NCBI GenBank assembly: GCA_963813715.1
Contig: CAWFAK010000017.1
Span: forward strand, 480,001 to 544,000
Source: an uncultured Planctomycetaceae bacterium
GTDB lineage: Bacteria > Planctomycetota > Planctomycetia > Planctomycetales > Planctomycetaceae
Reading direction: 5' to 3'
Length of the DNA stretch: 64,000 nt
Position numbers and translations under genes: made by a program. Positions 31,698 through 41,518 of the stretch are shown piece after piece. Every line of letters begins with the position of its first letter. Within the stretch, counting starts at the first letter, position 1. Below the pieces are notes generated by a model. The model saw only the letters and a list, made by a program, of their open reading frames with translations. It was not told the DNA's origin and did not search any database.

Positions 31698-31982
31698 TTC
31701 GTCGTCCTCTCTTCGTTTAGGTTCTAACTGGGGCATGAACGTTGCGGTCGGGCCGAGAATGATAGGGTGGTCGGCAGCCAATTGCGAGCCGAATGCAGCA
31801 GGATCGAAGATTTCTTCACAATTCGGCTGGATTTTGGCACTCCGTACATCGGCCGGCAGTTTTTGCCAGCGAATTCGTCATTTCCGAGCAAGAATCTGAT
31901 AGTCCGTACGAGCCAGTCGTTCCCAAGATCAGACGCCAAACGAAATCCGGATCGGAGTCGCGGCACGAAAGTGTGAAGATTC

Positions 31983-32373
31983 ATGACACGACCAACGACG
32001 ACGGCGATTTCACCGTTCTTCATTGTCACGAACGTCGATCGAACCATCGCGTTCTATCGCGACAAGCTGGGATTTGAGACGACGTTTCAACAGCCGGAGG
32101 GGAATCCGTTTTTCGCCGTCCTCCTCCGCGATGGAGCGCAGCTCTTCATTAAGTCCCATGGAGGCTTGACACCGCTGCCGAATTCCAAGCGTCATCCCTT
32201 CATGAGGTGGGACGCCTTCGTCAATGCCCCAAACCCCGATGCTCTGGCCGCCGACTTTGGCGATCACGGCGCGACCTTCAGCGCACCGCTCGCAGATACA
32301 CACGACGGCTTGCGCGGTTTCGAGATCACCGACCCGGACGGATATGTTCTTGTTTTTCGGCCGCCCGAGATAA
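31983..32373 (+). CDS. VOC family protein (frameshift near 32350)
   Basis: ISPFFIV, AFYRDKLGF, DTHDGLRGFEITDPDGYV / LFFGRPR*. Confidence 0.88.
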
Positions 32374-32404
32374 GCCGGTCACCTTGCGGTTTGAGGGCCA
32401 ACCC

Positions 32405-32773
32405 ATGACGATCACAGCCATTGTCCCACAGCTGCGGACGACAGACATGGCCTCTTCGATTCGCTTCTACACCGAGAAGCTGGGGTTCTCTGTCGCGTTC
32501 AAGTACCAAGATTTTTACACCGGCATCCGTGCTGGGGACCAGATTTTTCACCTGAAGCTTGTTGATGAGAAAGACCCTTCGATCCCGTATGTTGATGAAG
32601 GCGAACATTTCCACCTCTACCTTGAAGCCGACGACGTCGCGGACCTCTCTGCCCAGCTCAAGGCGAAAGGTGTGAAGTTGGTGAAGGACGTCCACGAGAC
32701 GCCTTGGAATACCAGGGAGATCGTCATCCACGACGATCAGGGGCATACGCTGTATTTCGGTCAACCTGCGTAG
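32405..32773 (+). CDS. VOC family protein
   Basis: IVPQLRTTD, FYTEKLGF, ETPWNTRE, DDQGHTLYFGQ. Confidence 0.9.
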   Translation: MTITAIVPQLRTTDMASSIRFYTEKLGFSVAFKYQDFYTGIRAGDQIFHLKLVDEKDPSIPYVDEGEHFHLYLEADDVADLSAQLKAKGVKLVKDVHETPWNTREIVIHDDQGHTLYFGQPA

Positions 32774-32929
32774 CCACTCCGTTCAGTCGCGAGACGAGAT
32801 GTCTCCGCCGCTCGCCAAGAGCATCCGTGCAGAATTCACCAATTTCTGATTGCGGCTCTTGCGCTTCCTGCGTAGTCTGATTGACCGTCAACTCCATCCA
32901 CGATTCTCCGAATTGACGCGGAGCAAACG

Positions 32930-35900
32930 ATGCGGCTCGAGCCTTGGTACGCGCGCCTGGTTCTTTCGTTCCCCAAGAGCAGTCGGACTTCGTCGCGGGC
33001 GCGACACCGTCGCGGGCGACAAGCGACTCGGCTGTGCAGTTCCGCAGTCTGCCTTTCGCGGACGGAGCGGCTCGAGGACCGCACTCTACTGAGCGGAACG
33101 CCGGGGACGCCCGGGCACAGCTCGACGTTGCCGGCGCTGAGCCCGTCGCAAGTCACCGCGCTGGACACCTACGTCGCCGCCGCGGATCCCTCGTATACGT
33201 TTTCGCTCAATAGCACGATCACGGGCACGGGCTACACCGATTACGTGATCAACATGGTTTCCCAGACCTGGAGCCCCCAGTCCGGAGTCTCGGAAGTCTG
33301 GCAGCACTGGCTGCAGATCATCGTGCCGACGACTGTAAACTCGACGACGGCCGTTCTAAATATTGAGAATGGCCTCGCCGACCTAAATTCCACCACGCCT
33401 CCCACCACGGCGGATGCCTACAGCGTCCAAACTGCGACAACGCTCAACGCGATCACGGTTTTCCTCCCGACTGTGCCAAACGAGCCAGAGAGTTTTCCGT
33501 CGCTGGGAGAGACGACGCCTCTGACGGAAGACAGTCTTGTCGCGCTTACGTTTGAGCAATACCTCGACGGCAACGGTCAGGATTGGCCGATCCTGTTGCC
33601 GATGGTCAAAAGCGCCGTCCGCGCGATGGACACGACGCAGTCCTTCGTATCGAGCGAGTCCGGCGGAGCGCTCTCCGTCGACAATTTCATTGTCACCGGA
33701 CAGTCCAAGCGAGGCTGGACAACCTGGCTGACGCCGGCGGTCGATTCGCGCGTCATCGCCATCGTCCCCTACGATTTCGACGCGCTCAATCTCCAGGAGC
33801 AGGTCGAAAGTCAACTCGACACCTACGTCGGCGTCACGCAGGACATTTACGACGGCGATTCGACGGCCGTCGAGCCCTACGTGAGTACCTTCACCTCCTT
33901 CGGCACGCCTCAAGGGGAATCGCTGCTGTCGATCATCGATCCTTACAGTTACATCGACCGCCCGACTTACGACATTCCGATCTACGACGTTGCCTCGACG
34001 GGCGATCAGTTCTTCGTCCCCGGCGCCCAGTTCTACTTTAACGACCTACCCGGCCAGAATTACCTTCGCTACGTCCCCAATACCGACCACTCGCTGGATG
34101 CCGATGCTTACCAAGGCGGGATCAACTTTGAAAAGGCCGTGGTCGACGGGGCCGCCCTGCCACAATTCTCCTGGACGGTCTCGAATGCCGGCACAGAGAT
34201 CGAACTGAATTCGGTCACGACACCGACCTCAGTCACGATGTGGCAGGCGACCGATCCCAACAGCCGCGACTTCCGCCTCGAAACCTTCGGCGCGAACTGG
34301 ACCAGTTCGACACTGACGGATCAGGGCGGCGGAACTTACGTCGCGCAGATCACCCCGCCGACGACTGGGGCGACCGACTTCTTCATCCAGATGCAGTACA
34401 CCGTCGACGGGATGACGCTGACTTTCACCACGCAGATCAGCACCGTGCCGCTGTTGACGCCGACTGTGACCGTCACTGACAACACCGGCTTCTACAACGG
34501 CAATGCATTCGCCGCTACGGCGACGGCCATCGGAACCGCCGGACTGCCGGTGCCGGGCACCTTCAGTTACGACTATTACAATGGCGCGAATCCGATCGGG
34601 ACGCCTTTTACAACACCTCCGACGCATCCGGGCACATACACGGTCGTCGCGTCTTTTACGAGCACTGATCCCGACTATGCGAACGGGCAAAGCGCCCCGA
34701 TCTTTTTCACGATCGAAAAGCCCGAGTCGGTGATCACGATTACCGACACTGGCGGTCCTTACAACGCCAATCCGTATCCCGCAACTGCGACAATCGCTGG
34801 AGTCGTTTCCGGTGTCGACGACACGCCGGGTAGCAGTTTGGAAGGCGTCCCGCTCACAATCGTGTATTACGCGGGACCGAATCCACAGGGCACGCCGCTG
34901 CCAGGACCGCCGACTCAAGCGGGACAATACACGGCGCAGGCGGTCTTCGCGGGGAGCCAGGATTACCAGCCCAGCAACTCCATCGTGGCGCGATTCGTGA
35001 TTGCGAAAGATCGCGCGATTATCACGCTGACCGATGCGGGAGGGCCTTACATCAACACGCCTTATCCGGCGACCGACTCGATCGCCGGCGTCGTGCCGGG
35101 CGTCGACGACACAGCCGGAAACAGCTTGGAAGGCGTCCCTCTCCAGATCATTTATTACGCTGGTCCGAACGCGACGGGTGGCATCTTGCCAGGGCCGCCG
35201 ACTCAAGCCGGTCAATACACCGTGCGGGCGCAATTTGCGGGGAGCACTGATTATGAGTCTGACTTAGAGGAGGTGTTCATCACGATCACGCAACTGAGGC
35301 CGACGCTGACCTTGGTAGACACGGGCGGGCCTTACACGGGCGCGCCTTATCCGGCGACGGCCACGCTCGCAGGATTGATCCCGGGCGTCGACGACACTCC
35401 CGGCAGTACTTTGGAAGGGGTTGGATTTCAACTGTTCTATTATGCCGGTCCGAATCCCACAGGATCGCCCTTGCCCGGCCCGCCAAATCAAGCCGGCCAG
35501 TATGCGGTCGTCATGACGTTCGCAGGCAGCCAGGACTACTTCGCAACGTCGATCGACTCTGTCGGCATTACGATCTCGAAGGCTGCTCCGGTGATCACGT
35601 TGGCAGACGCCAGCGGGCCCTACACGGGCGCGCCCTACTCGGCGACTGCGACCATTGCGGGAGTCGTTCCGGGGGTCGACGACACGCCGTCCACAAGTCT
35701 CGAAGGTGTTTCGCTCGTCGTGACGTACTATCCGGACGACACTTTGAATCCACCGTTGCCCGGACCGCCCACGGCGCCCGGCACTTATGTGGAATCCGCC
35801 TCGTTTGCGGGAAGTCAGGACTATCTAACAGCCGCGGACAGTCAGGTCTTCGTGATCTCTCCGGCCACGCCGGTCATTTCTGTGACGGATGCGGGGGGCA

Positions 35901-37408
35901 TGTACAACGGCAATCCATATCCCGCAACGGCGACCATCGCCGGTGTTGTTTCAGGCGTCGATGACACGCCCGGCAGCACCCTCGAGGGGGTGCCGCTGGT
36001 CCTGACGTACTTCGTCGGATCGACGACGACAGGCACCGCCCTTTCAGCCGCGCCGACCAATGCCGGGCAGTACACGGCACTTGCGTCGTTCGTCGGCAGC
36101 ACAGATTACGAGAGCCTCAGCCAGTCGGTGCCGTTTGTAATTGGTCAGGCGACGCCGACCGTGGTCGCCAGTGACGCAGGGGGCAATTTCACGGGCAACC
36201 CGTTCCCGGCGACAGCAACGGCGACCGGTGTCGGCGGAGCGACCGTCAGCGGGACCTTTGCCTTCACGTACTACGTCGGCAGCACGGTGAACGGCAACGG
36301 CACGCCGACAGCGCCCAGTGCGCCTGGCACCTATACGGTCGTCGCGGCGTTCACGAGCAGCAATTCCAATTACGTGACCGGCCCGACTGACAGCCTCCCG
36401 GTGGTGTTCACGATCAATGCGCTGAGCTCACTACCGTCGATCAGTGCGCCAGCCAGCGCCTCAGTCATCGAAAATGCATCGCTCGTCTTCTCGAGCGCGG
36501 CTGGCAACCCCATCAGCGTCACCGACGCCAATGCAGGCTCGAGCATCGAGCAGCTCACTTTGACCGTCACCAAGGGGTCGTTGAGTTTGGCGACGACCAT
36601 CGGAATCACGGTTACGTCAGGGGCAAACGCTTCGGCTTCGATGACCGTGCAGGGGACGCTGGCCCATCTCAACGCTGCCCTCAATGGCCTGCAATTTACG
36701 CCGACGAACGGCTTCACGGGCAGCGCTTCACTCGCAGTTTCGTACAAGGATCTCGCCAACAACCAGACGGCCAACGGCTCGGTGTCGATTACGGTTGTCG
36801 CCCCGCCTGTGACCGCGTTTGTGAGTGCGTTTTTGCCGATCGTTGTTCCCGGTGAACCGGTCCCGCTCATCATCGGCGCGATTGACACAAGCCTACAGGC
36901 CCAATTCTCTCTGTTCAAAATCAATATCTCGTTTGGAGACGGCAACACGGCCACGCTGACGTCGTACGTCCCTCTCTTGGTCAACCACATTTATAAGAAG
37001 GTTGGCGTCTACACGGTGTCCCTCACCGCAACCGACGAATTTGGTCGAACCAGCGCGCCGGCCACCGTCGTGATTCACGTCGTGTCTCTCTTCTTCGGCC
37101 TCAACCCGTTCAATCCGAACCAGACGGCCCTCCTGATCGGCGAAATGCCGGGCGACACCGTGAGCGTGACTGCTGCCCCGGGCGGCGGAATTGCCGTGAC
37201 GCTCAACGGAGTCTCGCAGGGCGTCTTCAATGTGACCGGCCCGGTCATCCTCCTGGGACAACAACCAACGAAGTCGCCCGTCGGCCTGAGCGTCGACCAG
37301 AACCCCTTAGTGCAGACGCCAACAGCCGCCAGCCTCGAAAACCAACTCGACAGCGAAGCCTTGCAGTGGGCGGGGCTCTCCGCGGCCACGGAGATTCTGA
37401 ACGAGTAG
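32930..37408 (+). CDS. Large exported protein: PqaA (PhoPQ-activated) alpha/beta hydrolase, 7 MBG/Ig-like repeats and a PKD-like domain
   Basis: ERLEDRTLLS planctomycete export motif; SQTW, WQHWL, PMVKSAVRAMD, GQSKRGWTTW, IIDPYSY, TGDQFF, VPNTDH; repeats; FGDG...HIYKKVGVYTVSLT. Confidence 0.85.
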   Translation: MRLEPWYARLVLSFPKSSRTSSRARHRRGRQATRLCSSAVCLSRTERLEDRTLLSGTPGTPGHSSTLPALSPSQVTALDTYVAAADPSYTFSLNSTITGTGYTDYVINMVSQTWSPQSGVSEVWQHWLQIIVPTTVNSTTAVLNIENGLADLNSTTPPTTADAYSVQTATTLNAITVFLPTVPNEPESFPSLGETTPLTEDSLVALTFEQYLDGNGQDWPILLPMVKSAVRAMDTTQSFVSSESGGALSVDNFIVTGQSKRGWTTWLTPAVDSRVIAIVPYDFDALNLQEQVESQLDTYVGVTQDIYDGDSTAVEPYVSTFTSFGTPQGESLLSIIDPYSYIDRPTYDIPIYDVASTGDQFFVPGAQFYFNDLPGQNYLRYVPNTDHSLDADAYQGGINFEKAVVDGAALPQFSWTVSNAGTEIELNSVTTPTSVTMWQATDPNSRDFRLETFGANWTSSTLTDQGGGTYVAQITPPTTGATDFFIQMQYTVDGMTLTFTTQISTVPLLTPTVTVTDNTGFYNGNAFAATATAIGTAGLPVPGTFSYDYYNGANPIGTPFTTPPTHPGTYTVVASFTSTDPDYANGQSAPIFFTIEKPESVITITDTGGPYNANPYPATATIAGVVSGVDDTPGSSLEGVPLTIVYYAGPNPQGTPLPGPPTQAGQYTAQAVFAGSQDYQPSNSIVARFVIAKDRAIITLTDAGGPYINTPYPATDSIAGVVPGVDDTAGNSLEGVPLQIIYYAGPNATGGILPGPPTQAGQYTVRAQFAGSTDYESDLEEVFITITQLRPTLTLVDTGGPYTGAPYPATATLAGLIPGVDDTPGSTLEGVGFQLFYYAGPNPTGSPLPGPPNQAGQYAVVMTFAGSQDYFATSIDSVGITISKAAPVITLADASGPYTGAPYSATATIAGVVPGVDDTPSTSLEGVSLVVTYYPDDTLNPPLPGPPTAPGTYVESASFAGSQDYLTAADSQVFVISPATPVISVTDAGGMYNGNPYPATATIAGVVSGVDDTPGSTLEGVPLVLTYFVGSTTTGTALSAAPTNAGQYTALASFVGSTDYESLSQSVPFVIGQATPTVVASDAGGNFTGNPFPATATATGVGGATVSGTFAFTYYVGSTVNGNGTPTAPSAPGTYTVVAAFTSSNSNYVTGPTDSLPVVFTINALSSLPSISAPASASVIENASLVFSSAAGNPISVTDANAGSSIEQLTLTVTKGSLSLATTIGITVTSGANASASMTVQGTLAHLNAALNGLQFTPTNGFTGSASLAVSYKDLANNQTANGSVSITVVAPPVTAFVSAFLPIVVPGEPVPLIIGAIDTSLQAQFSLFKINISFGDGNTATLTSYVPLLVNHIYKKVGVYTVSLTATDEFGRTSAPATVVIHVVSLFFGLNPFNPNQTALLIGEMPGDTVSVTAAPGGGIAVTLNGVSQGVFNVTGPVILLGQQPTKSPVGLSVDQNPLVQTPTAASLENQLDSEALQWAGLSAATEILNE
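34453..36420 (+). repeat. Seven about 95-aa tandem Ig/MBG-like coding repeats
   Basis: Five central units carry GVDDT (about 34811, 35099, 35384, 35672, 35954; period 282-288 bp); two outer units lack that insert. Confidence 0.85.
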
Positions 37409-37522
37409 CTGCGCGCAGCAAATGGTGAGCGGCCCTCACGGGCGATCCCGACCAGTTGCCGCCATGCGAACGCAAATACTGAGGAAGGTCGACCTTCTTA
37501 AAGCCGATTCATCGCGGCTACA

Positions 37523-39950
37523 ATGCAGGCCATGGCGCCGTTGGGATCACTGAGGCCGTTCGGCTGGCTAGAAGCGATCAGGTATAAAGCTCTGAATCTG
37601 GCCGCATCTGTCATCGCTTTCCTGTTGGGGGTCGGACTATCTCCGACGATGGCGGCGGACCGTGACGAGAATTCGCTGTTCGAGAGCCGTGTTCGCCCCG
37701 TTCTGAACGCACGCTGCGTCAAGTGCCACGGAGCCGCCAAGCAGGAATCGGGCTTGCGGTTCGACTCGGCGAGTTTCGCAAAGAAGGGGGGCGACCGCGG
37801 TCCGGCCATCGTCCCCGGCGATCCCGATCACAGCTTGCTCATTCAGGCGGCCCGGCGAACGGGCGAGCTGAAAATGCCCCCCGACGAGCCACTGCGGCCC
37901 GACGAAGTGGCCGGGCTCGTCGAGTGGATTCGGCAGGGTGCGAAATGGCCGACGGAATCGGCACACAGTTCGATTCGTAGCGGTCCGGTTCGTCCAGAAG
38001 ATCGAGAGTTCTGGTCGTTCCTGCCGCTGGCTCGCTCGTTGCCGCCGGACGTGCACGATTGCTCCTGGTCGCGGACGCCCGTCGATCGATTCATTCTGGC
38101 TCGGCTGGAAGCGGAAGACCTGAAGCCCGCGGCGGCGGCCGACCGGCGGACGCTAATTCGCCGCGTCACGTTCGACCTGACTGGTCTGCCCCCCTCGCCT
38201 GCCGAAGTGGAAGCCTTCGTGGCCGATCGCTCGTCCGGTGCGTACTCGAAAGTCGTCGACCGCCTGCTCGCTTCCCCATCGTACGGGGAACGTTGGGGTC
38301 GTCACTGGCTCGACGTCGTGCGCTACGCCGATACCGCCGGAGAGACGGCCGACTTTCCGGTGCGGGAAGCCTATCGCTATCGCAATTACGTGATTGCGTC
38401 GTTCAACGCCGACAAGCCGTACGACCAGTTCCTCCGCGAGCAGATCGCGGGCGACCTCTACGCCAAGGACGCGCCGCCGGAGCGTTACGAAGAGCTGGTG
38501 ACGGCGACGGGCTTCATCGCGATTTCGCGGCGATTCGGCTTCGACCCCGAGAATTATCAGCACCTCACGATTCAGGACACGATCGACACGCTCGGGCAGG
38601 CCGTGCTCGGGCTCTCGCTGGGCTGTGCGCGCTGTCACAATCACAAGTTCGACCCGGTGACGACCGCCGATTACTATGCGCTCTACGGCATCTTCGACAG
38701 CACTCGCTACGCGTTTCCCGGTTCCGAAGAGAAGAAGCGTCCGCGCGATTTCATTCCGGCCGTGCCGCCGACGGCCGGCCAACGCCTGCAGGCCGATCAT
38801 CAAGCGCAGTTGGCCGCGCTCTCCGCGCGACTTGAGGCAACGGGGCGACAACCGGGAGCCAGCCCGGCAGCAGTCCGCCAGCTCGCTTCGCGGAAAGTCG
38901 ATCTGGAAGCCCGCGAACTCGTACCCAGTGCTTTACGCCGTGAGCGATGGCGAATCCAAGAACGCGCGCATTCAATTTCGCGGCGAGCCGACCCGCCTGG
39001 GCCCCGAAGTCCCGCGGCGATTTCTCGAGATCTTCGGCGGCCAGCGGCTTCCGACCGATGAAAAAGGAAGCGGCAGGCGAGAACTGGCGGCGTGGATTAC
39101 CGGCCCTGATGCTGCGCCGCTGGCGGCGCGCGTGATTGCCAATCGCATTTGGCAGCACCATTTTGGTTACGGACTGGTGCGGACCGAGAACGATTTCGGT
39201 GCCCGCGGCGCCCGCCCGACCCATCCGGAGCTGCTCGACTTCCTCGCGGCACGGTTGATCGAGAGCGGCTGGTCGATCAAAGCGCTGCACCGACTGATTC
39301 TGCAATCGCAAACGTATCAGCAGTCGAGCGACGTCTCAGCGGTTGCGGACCAACGCGATCCGCAGAACAGCCTGTTGTCCCACTTCGGGCGGCGGCGGCT
39401 CGACGCGGAAGAGATCCGCGACTCGCTGTTGGTGCTGGGCGGCAACCTCGATCGCTCGTTCGGCGGCCCGCATCCGTTTCCGCCCGTCCAAACGTGGGGG
39501 TTTACGCAGCATGCTCCCTTTTCCGCCGTCTACGACACCAACCGTCGCAGCGTCTATTTGATGACGCAGCGGATCAGGCGACATCCGTTTCTGGCGCTGT
39601 TCGACGGCCCCGACGGCAACGTCAGCACGGCCCATCGCGACTCGACGACAGTTCCCACGCAGTCCTTGTTCCTGATGAACGATCCGTTCGTGCATGCTCA
39701 ATCGTCGCGGTTTGCCGAGCTCCTGACCGCGGCTGCGACGGACGAGGATCAACGCATCGCGTGTGCATTCGAGCAAGCCTTCGCCCGGCCGCCCGATGCC
39801 GAGGAACGCGTGCAATCCGCACAGTTCCTGGCCCAGTATCGGCGTGAACTGGCCCATTCAGAGTCTAGCACCGCGGATCGCGTCAAAATGTCGTGGGCCG
39901 CTTTCGTTCGGACGTTGTTTGCTCGCAACGACTTTCTGTTCATCGACTGA
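37523..39950 (+). CDS. Planctomycete cytochrome c plus DUF1549/DUF1553 protein (frameshift near 38920)
   Basis: CVKCHG, LIRRVTFDLTGLPP, YGERWGRHWLDVVRYAD, CARCHNHKFDP / NRIWQHHFG, HPELLD, RRLDAEEIRD, RRSVY. Confidence 0.93.
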
Positions 39951-39962
39951 TCGGAGTGGCTC

Positions 39963-41384
39963 ATGTCCGAGTGCGAAAACGCCTTCTGCCGTCGCGACCT
40001 GTTACAACGCGCGGCCGGCGGCTTCGCGTCGATTGCGCTGGCAGGAATTCTGGCCGACCATCAAGCGGCCGGCGCGCGGGCCGCGACCACGGCCGACGAT
40101 CCGTTGGCCCCCAAGCGGCCGCTCATTCCGCCGCGAGCGCAGCGGGTGATCTTCTTGTACATGACCGGCGGCGTCTCCCACGTCGACACGTTCGACCCGA
40201 AGCCGCGGCTCATTGGCGGTCACGGAAAGTCGATCACAGTCGACAATTGGCAGGGGAAGCTCGGCCAGTTCAAGCGCTATCTCAAAGCGCCGCAGTGGAA
40301 ATTCCGCCCGGGAGGGGCATGCGGCACGGCGATCAGCGATCTGTTTCCGCACGTGCGCGACGTCGCGGATGAACTGTGCGTGATCCGTTCGATGGAGTCG
40401 AATCACACCAATCACTACGAGGGCACTCTGGGCATCCACACCGGCTCGTGGACGTTTGCCCGGCCCAGCATCGGCGCGTGGGTCAGCTACGGGCTGGGGA
40501 CCGAGAACCGGAACTTGCCGTCGTTCGTCGTGCTGGCGCCGCACGCCCCCTATGCCGGAGCACAAACGTGGGGCTCCGATTTTCTCCCCGGCTGCCATCA
40601 GGGGATGCAAGTTGTTCCCGGTCCCACTCCGATTCCGAACGTGCGGCGTCGCGTCTCTTCCGATCGGCTGCAGCGACTCGAACTGGACTTCGTGGCGGCG
40701 GCCAACGCTCGACATCGCCATGCACGTCCCGAGGATGCTGCTCTGGATGCTCAGATTCGCTCGATGGAAACTGCCTTCGGCATGCAACGGGCTGCCCCCG
40801 AGGCGTTCGACGTCACGCAGGAAACGTCCGCCACGCACGCCTCGTATGGCCTCGATCGCCGGGCCGTGACCGGTTTCGGCTGGCAATGCCTGGTCGCCCG
40901 CCGGCTCGTCGAGCGCGGCGTCCGGTTCGTCGAAGTGATTGACACGGGCTCGTCGAACAACTGGGATTCGCACGGCGACATGCGCGATCACGAGCATCTG
41001 GCCCGCAACGTCGATCGCCCCATCGCCGCCCTCCTCCGCGACCTCAAACTGCGAGGTTTGCTCGACGACACGCTGGTCGTCTGGACCACGGAGTTCGGGC
41101 GAACGCCCTATCACGAGTCCGCCGACGCCAAAGGCCGCGAACATCACCACCAGGTGTTTTCGTCCTGGATGGCCGGCGGCGGCGTGAAAGGCGGCATCGT
41201 GCATGGCGTGTCGGACGAGTTCGGCGTGGCAGTGGCCCAGGATCGCGTGCACGTCCACGATTTCCACGCCACGATCTTGCATCTCCTTGGGTTGAACCAC
41301 GAACTCCTGACCTTCCGCCACGCGGGCCGCGATTATCGCCTGACAGACGTCTACGGCCGCGTGGTGCGTGAAATCTTGGCGTAA
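39963..41384 (+). CDS. DUF1501 (sulfatase-like) Tat protein
   Basis: RRDLL, VIFLYMTGGVSHVDTFDPKP, RPSIGAWVSYGLG, ARRLVERGVRF, EFGRTP, HVHDFHATILHLLG. Confidence 0.95.
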   Translation: MSECENAFCRRDLLQRAAGGFASIALAGILADHQAAGARAATTADDPLAPKRPLIPPRAQRVIFLYMTGGVSHVDTFDPKPRLIGGHGKSITVDNWQGKLGQFKRYLKAPQWKFRPGGACGTAISDLFPHVRDVADELCVIRSMESNHTNHYEGTLGIHTGSWTFARPSIGAWVSYGLGTENRNLPSFVVLAPHAPYAGAQTWGSDFLPGCHQGMQVVPGPTPIPNVRRRVSSDRLQRLELDFVAAANARHRHARPEDAALDAQIRSMETAFGMQRAAPEAFDVTQETSATHASYGLDRRAVTGFGWQCLVARRLVERGVRFVEVIDTGSSNNWDSHGDMRDHEHLARNVDRPIAALLRDLKLRGLLDDTLVVWTTEFGRTPYHESADAKGREHHHQVFSSWMAGGGVKGGIVHGVSDEFGVAVAQDRVHVHDFHATILHLLGLNHELLTFRHAGRDYRLTDVYGRVVREILA

Positions 41385-41518
41385 ACGGGGCGGGCCGAAA
41401 TGCGGTCTGCGAGCACTCAAAAGTGCGCGAGGAAAACCGGTGGTTTTCGGAGGGCCGCAGAGAGCGATCAAGTTGCTGAGAATTTGCACCGCGGATTCGG
41501 CGTGGTCTGTCTGCCCGG

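Noticed and set aside
37523..41384. DUF1553/DUF1501 pair as a novel system
   Set aside because: The pair is uncharacterised but is a well-known, highly paralogous planctomycete module, and nothing distinctive was seen here.
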